Source: Candidatus Saccharimonadota bacterium (GTDB lineage: Archaea > Nanohalarchaeota > Nanosalinia > Nanosalinales > Nanosalinaceae). From it: a DNA stretch of 32,000 nt. Below the pieces are notes generated by a model. The model was not told where the DNA came from. It did not search any database and saw nothing but the letters and a program-made list of their open reading frames with translations. Made by a program: the position numbers and the translations under genes. This document shows, one piece after another, positions 31,790 to 32,000 of this stretch. The stretch spans positions 240,001 to 272,000 of the forward strand of contig CP012986.1 in the NCBI GenBank assembly GCA_001761425.1, in the 5' to 3' direction. The stretch's first letter is position 1; each line of letters starts with the position of its first letter.

Positions 31790-32000
31790 ATAAGAAGCTA
31801 TTATTGACGGCCTTTGTCTTGATGTTGGTGTCTGGTGTTTCTGCTCAGTCGCTTCAGGGTTTTGAGTACAGTCCTGGGAATGGTTTTGAGAGGGGTTTGA
31901 CAGGTGGGGAGAGTTTCAGTCAGACAGTTAATTTTTCGAGTGTGGCTGGTCAGGAAGTTCCTTTCGGTGTAAAGGTTATTGTTGAGAACGATTCTACGGA
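31786..32000 (+). CDS. secreted hypothetical protein, N-terminal 71 codons (runs off window end)
   Basis: The ATG at 31786 forms an ATGA overlap with the preceding stop. It has a classical Sec-type signal (MNKKLLLTAFVLMLVSGVSA/QS). I checked by hand that the frame stays open to the window end. Confidence 0.6.
   Translation, partial: MNKKLLLTAFVLMLVSGVSAQSLQGFEYSPGNGFERGLTGGESFSQTVNFSSVAGQEVPFGVKVIVENDST

Noticed and set aside
1-32000. Search for CRISPR arrays, IS elements or transposases, integrases, long direct or tandem repeats, and rRNA or complete tRNA genes.
   Set aside because: I recognised none by eye on either strand. Non-coding gaps are short, and all gaps over 100 nt (2991-3094, 18009-18339, 19387-19498, 29596-29863, 31187-31321) were read individually. 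A computational repeat and tRNA scan would still be worthwhile.

Overview
This is a gene-dense archaeal chromosome segment, roughly 90% coding, with many stop/start overlaps. The proteins are strongly acidic (D/E-rich) although GC looks moderate (about 45-48% by eye). The enzymes are archaeal types: ADP-dependent sugar kinase, type II GAPDH, short TIM, archaeal NMNAT, class IA aldolase and Hel308. Most genes have an A/T-rich TATA-like box centred 26-30 nt upstream of the start codon, which suggests leaderless transcripts. My inference, not proven from sequence alone, is a salt-in halophilic archaeon with a compact genome, most compatible with Nanohaloarchaeota (DPANN).

Content in order:
- leuS
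- two tandem MinD/ParA ATPases
- a HIT(HxHxQ)-phosphoglucomutase pair
- a ~16 kb alpha-glucan (glycogen) plus EMP/gluconeogenesis supercluster: ADP-PFK/GK, TPI, debranching enzyme, eukaryote-type GT3 glycogen synthase, PGI, a stand-alone GT N-domain, two GT4 enzymes, GH57, an APH-like kinase, two alpha/beta hydrolases and GAPDH
- NAD(P)HX dehydratase and NMNAT
- a redoxin
- FBA and FBPase
- a Hel308 helicase interrupted by a 511-aa LAGLIDADG intein that also carries an XRE-type HTH
- a cluster of secreted proteins (beta-helix, lamin-tail domain)

The most unusual signal is not a gene. The palindrome AGGCCT occurs about 125 times by hand count, against about 6-7 expected from base composition. 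It appears in all reading frames and in intergenic DNA. I saw no rRNA, complete tRNA, CRISPR array, IS element or obvious defence system.
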